Of a DNA stretch of 64,000 bases, positions 26,920 through 36,671 are shown in pieces. Each line of letters opens with the position of its first letter. The stretch's first letter is position 1. Both the position numbers and the translations under genes were made by a program. Under the pieces are notes generated by a model, which was not told the origin of the DNA, made no database searches, and was given only the letters and a program-made list of their open reading frames with translations. Source of the DNA: Longimicrobiales bacterium (lineage in GTDB: Bacteria; Gemmatimonadota; Gemmatimonadetes; Longimicrobiales; Gaopeijiaceae); assembly GCA_041690395.1 (NCBI GenBank), contig JAWLHJ010000002.1, forward strand, positions 532,751 to 596,750. Direction: 5' to 3'.

Positions 26920-29682
26920 ATGGTCTCAAGGACCTTCCGGGCGATGGCGATGACGCTCGTGCTCATCGCCGCCGCCGTCGTAGGATCGCCTCAGAGCGCC
27001 ACCGCGCAGACCGGTACGGTGACGGGCGTCGTCATCGACCGGGGCACCGGCCTCACGCTCGCGGGCGTAGCGGTGCGCGTGGAATCGCTCGACCGCGCCG
27101 TCTACTCCAACTCCGCCGGTCGCTTCAACCTCCTGGCTCTACCGCCGGGTCGGCACACGCTCACCACGGACTACCTGGGATACACGTCCGACGCGACCAC
27201 GGTCGACGTCTCGGCGGGCGAGGTGGTCTCCGTGGAGATCGAGATGCGCACGGCCGCCCTCGAGCTCGAGGGGGTCACCATCGTCGGGCAACGGCGCGGA
27301 CAGGCCGCCGCGCTGAACCAGCAGCTCAACGCATCGACCATCACGAACGTGGTGGCCGCCGACCAGATCGGACGTTTCCCGGACGCGAACATCGGCGACG
27401 CCATGAAGCGCATCCCCGGTATCGTCGTCATGCAGGACCAGGGCGAGGCCCGTTTCGGGCTCATCCGCGGCACCGAGCCGCGCCTCAACTCGATCACGAT
27501 CAACGGTGAGCGGATCCCGTCCGCCGAGGCGGAAGCCCGTGAAGTCCAGCTCGACTTGATCCCCTCCGACATGGTGTCGGCGGTCGAAGTGACCAAAGCA
27601 CTCACGCCGGACATGGACGCCGACGCGATCGGCGGGTCGGTCAACATCGTGACGCGAAGCGCGCCGGCGAGTCGGAGGCTGTCCGCGACCGTGGGAAGCG
27701 GATACAACTTCCTCGCGGACGAGCCGATGGGGATCTTCTCCGGCGTTTACGCCCAGCGCTTCGCCGAGGACCGATTCGGTCTGGTGGTGAGCGGCTCCTA
27801 CTTCAACCACAAGCTCGGCTCGGACAACATCGAGGCGGAGTGGTCGGAAGGTAGCGCCGGCGCGTATGCCGAAGAGTTCCAGATCCGGGAATACCAACTC
27901 CAGCGCATTCGCCGGAGCGTCTCGGGATCCCTGGACTGGCGCTTGAACGATGCGAACACGCTCACGTGGCGGTCCATGTACAACCACCGCGACGACTGGG
28001 AGAACCGCTTCCGTCTGGTCTTCAAGATGGACGAGCCCGACCCGTCGGGTAACACCGTCGCCGAGCTGGAGCGTGAGACCAAGGCGGGCATCGGGAACGA
28101 CCGTGTCGACAACCGCCGCCTCGAGGACCAGCGTACACAGAGCCACAGCCTGTCCGGCGACCACCTCTTCGGACGCGTCTCGGTCAACTGGCAGACCCAG
28201 TGGGCCCAGGCCTCCGAGGAGCGGCCGAACGAGCGGTACATCATGTTCCTCGCCGAGGACGTGCCGGTCCTGACGGACATCTCCGATCCTTCGAGGCCCC
28301 GCTTCACCCCCCAGGGTCCCGCCGCGAGCGACCTGTCGGCGTTCGAGCTGGACGAGCTGACGGAGGAGAACCAGTACACCCGGGACCGCGACATGAACGC
28401 CCGACTCGACATCACGGTCCCCTGGTCCGAGAGCCGGACCGAGCTTCAGCTCGGTGGACGCCTCCGTGACAAGTCGAAGTTGCGGGACAACGATTTCTTC
28501 GAGTTCGACGCGAACGGTATCAGCACGCTCGCCGGCGTCGCTCAGGAGGACATCACGAACCCCGACTTCCTGCCGGGCGACTACGAGGCCGGCCGCTTCG
28601 CCGACCGCCGCTATCTGGGCGCATTGGATTTCAACGACGCCAGCCAGTTCGAACGCGAGCTCGCGCTCGGCGAGTTCGTCGCCGACAACTTCGAGGCGGA
28701 CGAGCGGATCTTCGGCGGGTATGCCATGCTCACGCGTCGTCTCGGTCAGGGCACCACCATCATCGCGGGTGCCCGGGTGGAGCACACGGACGTCGACTAC
28801 ATCGGCAACGAGTTCATCGACGACACCGAGACCTTCCAGCCCACGACGGGTGGAACGAGCTACACGAACGTCTTCCCTTCCCTCACCGTCCGTCATCAGC
28901 TGGACTCGCGTAGCAACCTGCGCGCGGCATGGACCAACACCATCGCCCGGCCCAACTACTACGACCTGGTCCCGTACCGGGTGGTCAACCAGGCCGACAG
29001 CGAGCTCGCTGTCGGCAACCCCGACCTGGAGCCGACGACGTCGATGAACTTCGACCTCATGTACGAGCGGTTCTTCACGTCCGTTGGGTTGGTCAGCGCC
29101 GGTGCCTTCGTGAAGGACATCGACGACTTCATCTTCGAGTACACGCTCAACGACGCCGTCGACCCCGTGTCGGGACAGACCTTCGACGAGCTTTCGCGGC
29201 CCCAGAACGGCGCCGGAGCCACCCTCTTCGGCTTCGAGATCGCGTTCCAGCGCAATCTCCCGGCGGGCTTCGGGTTGTACGCCAACTACACGTTCACGGA
29301 GTCGAGCGTGGACGGACTTCCCATCCCGGGGCGTGAGAACGAAGACCTACCGCTTCCCGGCGCAGCGAAGCACAGCGGCAACGCCTCGTTGTCCTACGAC
29401 GACGAGCGGTTCTCCTTCCGGACCTCGGTCAACCTCCAGGACGACTTCATCGATCCCGGTGAGATCGGAGAGTCCGCTTTCTACGATCGGTGGTACGACC
29501 GTGCCGTGACGGTGGACATGAACGGTACGATCCGCGTCTCGCAGTCGGCCCGCTTCTTCGTCGAAGTGAACAACCTCACGGACCAGCCGCTCCGCTACTA
29601 CCAGGGGGTGAGCTCGCGGCTCATGCAGGAAGAGTTCTACGACCGCCGCATCCAGACGGGGTTCAAGCTCGACCTCCAGTAG
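26920..29682 (+). CDS. TonB-dependent receptor
   Basis: Signal peptide, N-terminal carboxypeptidase-regulatory-like domain, plug motifs (FPDANIGDAMKRIPG; DADAIGGSVN), GNPDLEP and NNLTD. Confidence 0.93.
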   Translation: MVSRTFRAMAMTLVLIAAAVVGSPQSATAQTGTVTGVVIDRGTGLTLAGVAVRVESLDRAVYSNSAGRFNLLALPPGRHTLTTDYLGYTSDATTVDVSAGEVVSVEIEMRTAALELEGVTIVGQRRGQAAALNQQLNASTITNVVAADQIGRFPDANIGDAMKRIPGIVVMQDQGEARFGLIRGTEPRLNSITINGERIPSAEAEAREVQLDLIPSDMVSAVEVTKALTPDMDADAIGGSVNIVTRSAPASRRLSATVGSGYNFLADEPMGIFSGVYAQRFAEDRFGLVVSGSYFNHKLGSDNIEAEWSEGSAGAYAEEFQIREYQLQRIRRSVSGSLDWRLNDANTLTWRSMYNHRDDWENRFRLVFKMDEPDPSGNTVAELERETKAGIGNDRVDNRRLEDQRTQSHSLSGDHLFGRVSVNWQTQWAQASEERPNERYIMFLAEDVPVLTDISDPSRPRFTPQGPAASDLSAFELDELTEENQYTRDRDMNARLDITVPWSESRTELQLGGRLRDKSKLRDNDFFEFDANGISTLAGVAQEDITNPDFLPGDYEAGRFADRRYLGALDFNDASQFERELALGEFVADNFEADERIFGGYAMLTRRLGQGTTIIAGARVEHTDVDYIGNEFIDDTETFQPTTGGTSYTNVFPSLTVRHQLDSRSNLRAAWTNTIARPNYYDLVPYRVVNQADSELAVGNPDLEPTTSMNFDLMYERFFTSVGLVSAGAFVKDIDDFIFEYTLNDAVDPVSGQTFDELSRPQNGAGATLFGFEIAFQRNLPAGFGLYANYTFTESSVDGLPIPGRENEDLPLPGAAKHSGNASLSYDDERFSFRTSVNLQDDFIDPGEIGESAFYDRWYDRAVTVDMNGTIRVSQSARFFVEVNNLTDQPLRYYQGVSSRLMQEEFYDRRIQTGFKLDLQ

Positions 29683-29693
29683 AACGAACAGGT

Positions 29694-29729
29694 TCCGGGC
29701 GGGGTGGCCTCGATGGCGCCCCGCCCGGA
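29694..29729. terminator. GC-rich hairpin between convergent genes
   Basis: TCCGGGCGGGG / CCCCGCCCGGA inverted repeat 11 nt after the receptor stop codon. Confidence 0.7.
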
Positions 29730-29775
29730 CTCCATCCCGGGGTCAGCCCATGGAGTCCCCGGTCCGCGACGACAC

Positions 29776-30378
29776 TCAGTCCTGCCCGACCGTCCGCCGT
29801 ATCAGGGTGATCGGCTGCGGATAGCGAATGGGGCCGAGCACCGTCTGCACGACCGGCGACGCCCGAACCGCGAGCTCGGCGGGCTCACCACCGGCTCCCG
29901 CCAGAGACAGGGCCAGGTCGAAGAGATCGCGGGCCGATCCCTCGTAGAACTCGACGAGGTTGAGCGAGACGGGGAACGGGACGTCACGCGGCTCACCGGG
30001 GGGAAGGAGCACCTCGTCGTCGAAGACCCCCGACAGCGTCTCCCGACCCTCGATGAGGAGCGTCCAGTCCATCCGCACCAGTCGGGCCTCCACGGAGTTG
30101 TCCTCGGGGTTCAGCGCCGTCAGGTGGACGTTCATGGAGAGCGGGAGGTCCCGGTCCGCGACGGCGGCCGTCAGCCTCGCCACGTCGGCGAATCCCAGGT
30201 CGGAAAACGAGCGGACCCGGTCGAGCTCGACACCGGCCATCCGGACGTCGGCGACGCGGTCGAAGGAGAAGTCGACGTCACGGAGGGCCATGACCTGCTG
30301 GAGCGTTGCGCACCCCGACCAGACGACGGCCGCGAAGGCGACCACGGCGACACGCTCGAACGTCCTTCTGGACGGCAT
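29776..30378 (-). CDS. LEA_2/WHy-like lipoprotein
   Basis: Lipobox WSGC, then the pattern LTALNP...RMDWTLLIEG typical of LEA_2-like beta-sandwich lipoproteins. Confidence 0.7.
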   Translation of the reverse strand: MPSRRTFERVAVVAFAAVVWSGCATLQQVMALRDVDFSFDRVADVRMAGVELDRVRSFSDLGFADVARLTAAVADRDLPLSMNVHLTALNPEDNSVEARLVRMDWTLLIEGRETLSGVFDDEVLLPPGEPRDVPFPVSLNLVEFYEGSARDLFDLALSLAGAGGEPAELAVRASPVVQTVLGPIRYPQPITLIRRTVGQD

Positions 30379-30477
30379 AGGAACTCTCGGCTGAGCCGGG
30401 CTTCTGGACCTGTCGCGAAACGCGCCCGGACGTTACATCGATGTCTCGAATATCGATGAACTTCCAGGGATCCTACA

Positions 30478-31314
30478 ATGACCGCAACGAGCACCCGATT
30501 CTTCCTCACCGCGACCTTCCTCCCGCTGCTCGCTCTGGGGTGCGGCGGGGCCGACGATACCGACGCTCCCGCGACCGACGCGGGCGCTTCGATGGGGGCC
30601 GTGACGAGTGAGGGGAACCCGATGATCGATCTACTCGCGGACGGCCAGGTGGTGTTCGGAATCTTCTCGGGCGAGCAGTCGGCCGAGGGCGGACGCTTGA
30701 TGGCTGACGGACCCGACGTGGACTTCGTCTTCTACTCCCTGGAGTCGGGTCCCTTCGACCTCGATGCGATGGCCGCGTACATGGACGGGCTCGCCGAGGC
30801 GTCCGCGGGCACACCGGCGCCGATCGCGCTCCGCATCCCGCCCATTCGCGACGACCGGCAGGCTGCCGTGGAGCGTACACGCCAGGGCCTCGCTGCCGGC
30901 GCCCAGGCCATCGTGTACCCTCACGTAGAGTCGGTGGACGACGTGGCCCTGACGGTCGAGGCCATCGGAGACCGGCTCTGGCCGACCCGGGCCGACGGCG
31001 ACGTGCTCAGCGTCCTCCTCATCGAGGACCAGGTCGGCATCGAGCGCGCGAGCGAGATCGTCGGCGCGGCCGGGGCGGGCGTCGTGATCCCCGGGCCCGG
31101 CGACCTCCGTCGAGCCTACGAAGGGGACATGGAGGCCGTGGAAGGCGCCATCCAGACCGTGCTCGCGGCATGCCTGGAGCTCGACGTACCGTGCGGGATC
31201 ACCGCCGGAGTCGACGATATCGCGACGCGCATCGAGCAGGGCTTCCGCTTCTTCATCGTCACCGAGCCCGAGGCGGTCGCCGTCGGCCGGGCCGCGGCCG
31301 GGAGGAGCGAGTGA
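30478..31314 (+). CDS. HpcH/HpaI aldolase-fold lipoprotein 1
   Basis: Lipobox ALGC; DFVFYSLE, ALRIP, IVYPHVES, LIED, PGPGDL, VPCGI and RIEQGFRF motifs. Confidence 0.8.
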   Translation: MTATSTRFFLTATFLPLLALGCGGADDTDAPATDAGASMGAVTSEGNPMIDLLADGQVVFGIFSGEQSAEGGRLMADGPDVDFVFYSLESGPFDLDAMAAYMDGLAEASAGTPAPIALRIPPIRDDRQAAVERTRQGLAAGAQAIVYPHVESVDDVALTVEAIGDRLWPTRADGDVLSVLLIEDQVGIERASEIVGAAGAGVVIPGPGDLRRAYEGDMEAVEGAIQTVLAACLELDVPCGITAGVDDIATRIEQGFRFFIVTEPEAVAVGRAAAGRSE

Positions 31315-32186
31315 TGGTCAGGAGACTCGCCGTCGGCGTCGTCGCCCTGCTCGTCGCTTGCGGAGGGGACTCGGGCGAATCGTCCGAGCCGTCGATCTCG
31401 GGGTCGGTCGAGCGCCCGCGCCTCATCGCGCTCTGGGAGGAGGGTACTCCGGCGTTCGGGGTGTTCGTGCCGAGCGAGCGGGAGCGCGGCGCGACCGACG
31501 CGGACGGCAACCGCCTGCCCCCGCTCTACACCGCAGATGGCGCGAACCGCCTCGCCCAGAACGAGAGGCTCGACTACCTCTTCCTGAACCTCGAGGGCTC
31601 GTACGACCCGGGGGCGGTCACCGCGATGGTCGAGGGGCTCGACGGAGCCCCCGTCGATTCCCCTCCGACGCTCCTGGTCCGGGTCCCGACCATCGCCGAC
31701 GCGGGCGCCGAGGCGACACGCGCCAGGGTGGCCGAGATCGTGGCGGCGGGCGCGGACGGCGTCGTCATCCCGCACATCCGGAATCCGGATGAGGCACGCC
31801 TCGCCGTGAGCTTCTTCCAGGAGGCCGGAGCCGACGTCTGGTCACCGGCCAATCCCGACGGCACGTTCGTCGCCATGCTGATGGTCGAAGACGAAGAGGC
31901 GGTCCAGAGCGCGGCGGAGATCCTGGCCGTGCCGGGCTACAGCATGCTCTCCTGCGGCATCGGGAGCCTCACGGGAGACCTCGATGGCGATCGTGAGGCG
32001 GCGGAGGCCGCTTGCGAGGAGGTCATGAGGCTCGGGGCCGAAGCCGGCATGCCCAGCATGATGACGGCCGGCGCGGAGAACATCGTCCACCGCATCGATC
32101 AGGGATACCTGGGCCTCCTGCTCATGGGATCCACCGAGCAGGTGAACGAGATCATCGCGACCGGACGCGCCGCTTCGGGCGGTTGA
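31314..32186 (+). CDS. HpcH/HpaI aldolase-fold lipoprotein 2
   Basis: Lipobox LVAC; DYLFLNLE, LVRVP, GADGVVIPHI, MVED and RIDQGY motifs; TGATG overlap with paralog 1. Confidence 0.78.
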   Translation: MVRRLAVGVVALLVACGGDSGESSEPSISGSVERPRLIALWEEGTPAFGVFVPSERERGATDADGNRLPPLYTADGANRLAQNERLDYLFLNLEGSYDPGAVTAMVEGLDGAPVDSPPTLLVRVPTIADAGAEATRARVAEIVAAGADGVVIPHIRNPDEARLAVSFFQEAGADVWSPANPDGTFVAMLMVEDEEAVQSAAEILAVPGYSMLSCGIGSLTGDLDGDREAAEAACEEVMRLGAEAGMPSMMTAGAENIVHRIDQGYLGLLLMGSTEQVNEIIATGRAASGG

Positions 32187-32209
32187 GGCCGAAGCACCCC
32201 GGAACGACG

Positions 32210-32246
32210 GAAGGCCGCGGGCCCCTCGAGGGGACCCGCGGCCTTC
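32210..32246. terminator. Hairpin, probable bidirectional terminator
   Basis: GAAGGCCGCGGG / CCCGCGGCCTTC stem extended by CCCC-TCGA-GGGG, between convergent genes. Confidence 0.8.
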
Positions 32247-32273
32247 TGCGTTTCGCGACCCGCGGGACCGGCG

Positions 32274-33521
32274 TCAGCCCGCCGTCGCGTTCGCCGCCTT
32301 CACGCCTTCGGCCAGGGCGTCCACGAGACGGGGCAGCGCACGCGTGGGCGTCGCACACAGGCCGACCCTGACGGCTCCGTTGATCGGGATCACGAACACC
32401 CCCGCGTCCCGCATCGTCGCTGCCGTGACCTCCGGGTCCGGCGTGAAGACGGACACGAAGAACCCGCTCTCGAAGCGCGGCCAGTCGAGTCCGTGCTTGC
32501 GGGCGGCCTCGTTGAAGACGTTCGTCCTCGACGACAGCAGGTCGATGAGCTCCTGGCGTTCCGCGTCTGAACGCTTCCTGAGGTCCGGATCCACGATGAG
32601 ATCGGTGATGGCCCGGATGCCGAGGCGGTTGCAGTTCGACCACGTCGCGCGCGACGTGTAGTTGAACGCGTTGGTGAGCTGGACACGCTCGTCCGGGTCC
32701 CGGTGGCATGCGATGAGGGCGCCGACCCGGAGCCCGTACTGGGTGAACGCCTTCGAGGCCGTCCAGGCGAAGAGCACGGTGGTAGCCTCGAGCAGGCGCG
32801 GCAGCGCCGCGTCCCACGCGTCGATGGCGTCGCCCCCGAACTTCAGGTAGGCGCAGTCCATGAGCACCGTCACGGGCACCCGCTCGCTCGCTCGCACGAG
32901 CACGTCTGTGACGTCGCTCCACTCGGCCTCGTTCAGGGAGTAGCCGGTCGGGTTGTGGCTCGGGAAGTTCAGGATGATCACGACTCGACCCTGGCCCGCG
33001 GCCTGGCGCCGGACGCCCTCCTCCATCGCTTCCACGTCGAACGAGCCGTCGGCGCGGAACATGTTGAACGTCTCGCACCCGCGGCCGGCGTGGGCCGCGA
33101 TGTCCCGGTACGGCCCCCACCGGTAGTTGGTGGTGAGGAGCGCCTGTCCCGGCTCCAGGAAGTTCACGACGGTGTGGTAGATCGCGCCCGTGCCTCCCGG
33201 GGTCGCGAGGGCCAGCGCGTGCTCTTCGAGCTCGCTTCCACCGAGCAGGTCCTGAATCGCCGCCTCCCGGAAGCGCGGGTCGCCCGCGATGGGGCCGTAC
33301 CCGGACACGCTGGCGACGTCGACATTGGCGATGGCTTCGAGCACCGAGGGCATCACCGAGAGCTTTCCTTCCTCGTCGGTGAGAACGCCCATCGTGCAGT
33401 CGAGGATATCCTCACCCTCGGAGGCGCGCCGATTCGCCTCGCCGTGGAGCTTGAAGATCGGATCCATCCCGATACGGTCCCGGGACGTCGGGGTCAGGGT
33501 GCAGCGCGTGCTCGTGATCAC
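32274..33521 (-). CDS. PLP-dependent aminotransferase class I/II (aspartate/aromatic type)
   Basis: TPGGTGA, HNPTG, DCAY, SKAFTQYGLRVG (PLP Lys) and VRVG motifs. Confidence 0.9.
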   Translation of the reverse strand: MITSTRCTLTPTSRDRIGMDPIFKLHGEANRRASEGEDILDCTMGVLTDEEGKLSVMPSVLEAIANVDVASVSGYGPIAGDPRFREAAIQDLLGGSELEEHALALATPGGTGAIYHTVVNFLEPGQALLTTNYRWGPYRDIAAHAGRGCETFNMFRADGSFDVEAMEEGVRRQAAGQGRVVIILNFPSHNPTGYSLNEAEWSDVTDVLVRASERVPVTVLMDCAYLKFGGDAIDAWDAALPRLLEATTVLFAWTASKAFTQYGLRVGALIACHRDPDERVQLTNAFNYTSRATWSNCNRLGIRAITDLIVDPDLRKRSDAERQELIDLLSSRTNVFNEAARKHGLDWPRFESGFFVSVFTPDPEVTAATMRDAGVFVIPINGAVRVGLCATPTRALPRLVDALAEGVKAANATAG

Positions 33522-34537
33522 CGGTCACCACCTGGCAGTTCGCCGTTCAGCTCCGCATAGACTTGTCGAATCGCCACGGGACCCTGGCTGGAGCGGAGCG
33601 ACCACGTCTCCAGGTCCCCGAAGCTTGCTTGTTCTTGGGCCGCCTCGAGCGGCACCCCATCCTCGTGGAGACGTTCCGCCTCCGCGATGACCTGCATGAC
33701 CGCCTGGCGGTACACCTCGAGCTCGTCCTCCAGGATCTCGGGCGAGTCCACGAAGCCGTGCCCAGGCACGTAGATGTCGATGTCCATGGCCTGCGCCCTC
33801 TCGATCATCTCGACCCATTCGCTCGGGAAAGCCGAACGCATCGCCGGGAAGACCCTGTGAAGGTACGCCTCGCTCATGAAGAGGATCTTCTCTTCGGGGA
33901 GGTGCACGACGAGGTCACCACCGGTATGGGCACGGCCGAGGAAGAGCAACTCGACGGTCTTGTCGCCGAGCTCGAGCACCTCGCGATCCTCGACGAGATC
34001 CGTCGCAAGCGGCATGGGCGGGTCGTCCGCGCTCCGGCTCTCGGCGGTGCGGCGAAGCGCCTCGGCCGATGTCGGGTGCGCGTAGTACCGCACGCCCTCC
34101 GGAAATGCCGAGTTGCCGGCCGTGTGGTCGCCGTGGTCCGACCCGATGACCACGTCGGTGATCGGCTGGTCCGTCAGCTCCGCGACGTGGTCGACGAGCC
34201 GCTCGGTCTCCTCGACGCTTCCCTGACCGTCCCCGATAAGGACGCCCTCATCGGTCACGACGATCAGGCTCACCGTGGTGAACCGCTCGTCGCCGGCCGA
34301 GCGCAGCTGCTCGTAGGAGTAGACGCCTTCGGCGAGCTCCCGCACGCGTGGGAAGTCCGCATCGGTGTAGCCGCGTGCGTAGGGATCAGCAGTGCGGATC
34401 GACTCCGCGGCATCGGCGGTGTCGGCGGCTCGCGCCGCCTCGTCGGAGGGCCCTTCGGACGGTCCGCAGGCAGTGAGCGTGGCCACGCCGGCCACGGCGA
34501 GGGTGCGCGCGAACGAGGCGCGCCGGAATGTCATCAT
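33518..34537 (-). CDS. MBL-fold metallo-hydrolase lipoprotein
   Basis: Lipobox LTAC; SDHGDH, AHTGGD and VPGHG motifs; start reassigned to 34537. Confidence 0.85.
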   Translation of the reverse strand: MMTFRRASFARTLAVAGVATLTACGPSEGPSDEAARAADTADAAESIRTADPYARGYTDADFPRVRELAEGVYSYEQLRSAGDERFTTVSLIVVTDEGVLIGDGQGSVEETERLVDHVAELTDQPITDVVIGSDHGDHTAGNSAFPEGVRYYAHPTSAEALRRTAESRSADDPPMPLATDLVEDREVLELGDKTVELLFLGRAHTGGDLVVHLPEEKILFMSEAYLHRVFPAMRSAFPSEWVEMIERAQAMDIDIYVPGHGFVDSPEILEDELEVYRQAVMQVIAEAERLHEDGVPLEAAQEQASFGDLETWSLRSSQGPVAIRQVYAELNGELPGGDR

Positions 34538-34696
34538 GGGTGGTCGATGGGTTCGGGCCCGGGGGCGATTTCGCGAACCGGTAGCAATAGGGGTGAGGCG
34601 CTCGATGTGCAAGGCTACGCAAAGAGCGGCCGGACCGCTTCGGCCCGGCCGCCCTCGCCAGCGTGACCCGCGTCGCGGGATCGGAGGATCAGCTGA

Positions 34697-36649
34697 TCAG
34701 CACCCCACGCAGTTGTTGTTGTTCTTCGCGCCCAGACTCTCGAGCAACTCAATGGTCCGGGGGAAAGGAGAGATGCGCTGCACCGGCCCGTTCGCCATGT
34801 CGACCGTGGTCTGACCACGACGGCTCACCAGCGTGACGTCGGCACCCTGGGAAACCAGGTACTCGATGAGCGTGTTGTCGCCGCGCGCCGCCGCGTGATG
34901 AGCCGGAGCGTAACCATTGTGGTCCCGGGCGTTGACGTCGGCCCCGAGCTCCTCGACCAGGTACCGCATCGCCGGAAGCCACGCATCGGGCGCATGGCGA
35001 TGCGCATTGGCCGCGAATCCCTCTCCGTACCCCACGCCCGCTGCAGCGTGGATCGGGTAGACCGCCGGTCCGCCCGGCGGTACCGGTTCGAGGCCTGACT
35101 TGTCCTCGGAATCACCGCCACGGCGGAACCGCCGACTGGCCGGCTTCTGAGTCGGGATGTTCGGATCCGCGCCGTTCTCGATCAGGAGGCGCATCGCCGG
35201 AACGTCCAGAGCGTACGCGGCCCGCCAGAACGGAGTGGCACCCATGAAGTCGACGCCGAGCAGGTCGAAGTTGAACGACGTGTACCAGATGTGCCGCTTG
35301 GTGCGGTGGTTCACATCCGCTCCGGCCTCGATCAAGGCCTCCATCATCTGGAGGTAGTCCGTCTCCTGCTGCTTGAACGCGGTCGGTTGCGGGAAGAGCG
35401 CCTTGGGCGCCCAACGATTGTTCAACGTCGCGAAGAGCGGCGTCGCCCCGTCCTCGCTCTCGAGCGTCGGATCGGCGCCTTCAGCCAGATAGCGCATCGC
35501 GAGGTCGTAGTGGCCGTTGATCGTGGCCATGAGGAGCGGCGACGTCCCGTCTCCGCTGGGGCCATCGATGTCGGCACCCCGTGCGATCAGGAGCTCTGCC
35601 GCCTCGAAATAGCCGTCTCTCGAGGCGTAGTGGAGCGCGGTCAGCCCTCCCTCCTTGCCCACGAGGTCCGCGTAGCCGAGCGGCTCAGGCTCGGAGCCGG
35701 GTTGCTCGTCCTCGCCCTCCTCCTGCGGCTGCTCGGTCTCGTCTTCGTCCTCGGCAGGAGCCTCGTCCTCGTTCGCCGCCTCCTGGCGCGCGTCCTCGAG
35801 CGCCTGCCGAGCGGCGGCTCGCTCCTCATCTTCCTCGAGGGGCTCTTCAGCCCCCTCCTCCGCGGGCGCCTCTTCCTCGGCGGGCTCTTCTGCAGCCTCT
35901 TCCGGCTCCTCGGGAGTAGCGGCGGCCTCAGCCTCCGCCTCCTCGGGAGCCGCGGCCTCGGCTTCCCGGGCTTCACGCTCGGCCCGCTCCTCGCGGTCCG
36001 CCGCGATGCGCGCCTGCAGGATGCGCTCCCTGCGCTGGCGATCAGGCCCGTCCAACTCGGCGATCTGCCCGTAGTCGATCACCTTGGTCGCGGCGTTCAC
36101 GTCTGCGCCGGCATCGAGCAGGACCGCCATGGCAGGCACGCGGTTCTTCGCCGTGGCCCACATGAGCGGTGTCTGCTCGTAGACGTTCTCACGCCCGTCG
36201 ACCTCCGCCCCCGCCTCGATGAGGACGGACAGCGCGTCGACGTTTCCGGAACCGGCCGCCAGGTGCAGCGGCATGGCACCGGTAGTCGTGCGCGCGGAGA
36301 CGTCCGCCCCCTGCGCCACGAGGGCTCCGATCGCCTCGGCATGCCCCACGCGGCTCGCCAGATGGAGCGCAGTGTATCCGCCCAGCCGGGTCGTCGCCTC
36401 GGAGGCGGCCCCGGCATACAGCAGGACCTCCACCAGCTCGGCGTTCCCGTTCATGGCCGCCCAGTGCAACGCGGTCATGCCGTCGCCCTGAGCCGCGTTG
36501 ACGTCCGCACCCTGCTGAAGCAGGGCGACGACCGTCTCGACGTCCCCGCGCTCCGCCGCATCCGCCACCGGCGAGTCGTTGGTGCCGGCCGTCAGAAGCA
36601 GCGTCGCGAGGAGCGCACCCAGAACGTTGACCCGAAACTTCGTATTCAT
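34697..36649 (-). CDS. Exported ankyrin-repeat protein
   Basis: Many GxTALH/TPL...GADVN repeats; signal peptide; GGAGG RBS before MNTKF. Confidence 0.92.
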   Translation of the reverse strand: MNTKFRVNVLGALLATLLLTAGTNDSPVADAAERGDVETVVALLQQGADVNAAQGDGMTALHWAAMNGNAELVEVLLYAGAASEATTRLGGYTALHLASRVGHAEAIGALVAQGADVSARTTTGAMPLHLAAGSGNVDALSVLIEAGAEVDGRENVYEQTPLMWATAKNRVPAMAVLLDAGADVNAATKVIDYGQIAELDGPDRQRRERILQARIAADREERAEREAREAEAAAPEEAEAEAAATPEEPEEAAEEPAEEEAPAEEGAEEPLEEDEERAAARQALEDARQEAANEDEAPAEDEDETEQPQEEGEDEQPGSEPEPLGYADLVGKEGGLTALHYASRDGYFEAAELLIARGADIDGPSGDGTSPLLMATINGHYDLAMRYLAEGADPTLESEDGATPLFATLNNRWAPKALFPQPTAFKQQETDYLQMMEALIEAGADVNHRTKRHIWYTSFNFDLLGVDFMGATPFWRAAYALDVPAMRLLIENGADPNIPTQKPASRRFRRGGDSEDKSGLEPVPPGGPAVYPIHAAAGVGYGEGFAANAHRHAPDAWLPAMRYLVEELGADVNARDHNGYAPAHHAAARGDNTLIEYLVSQGADVTLVSRRGQTTVDMANGPVQRISPFPRTIELLESLGAKNNNNCVGC

Positions 36650-36671
36650 CGTACCTCCCGGAGGGCGCGCT

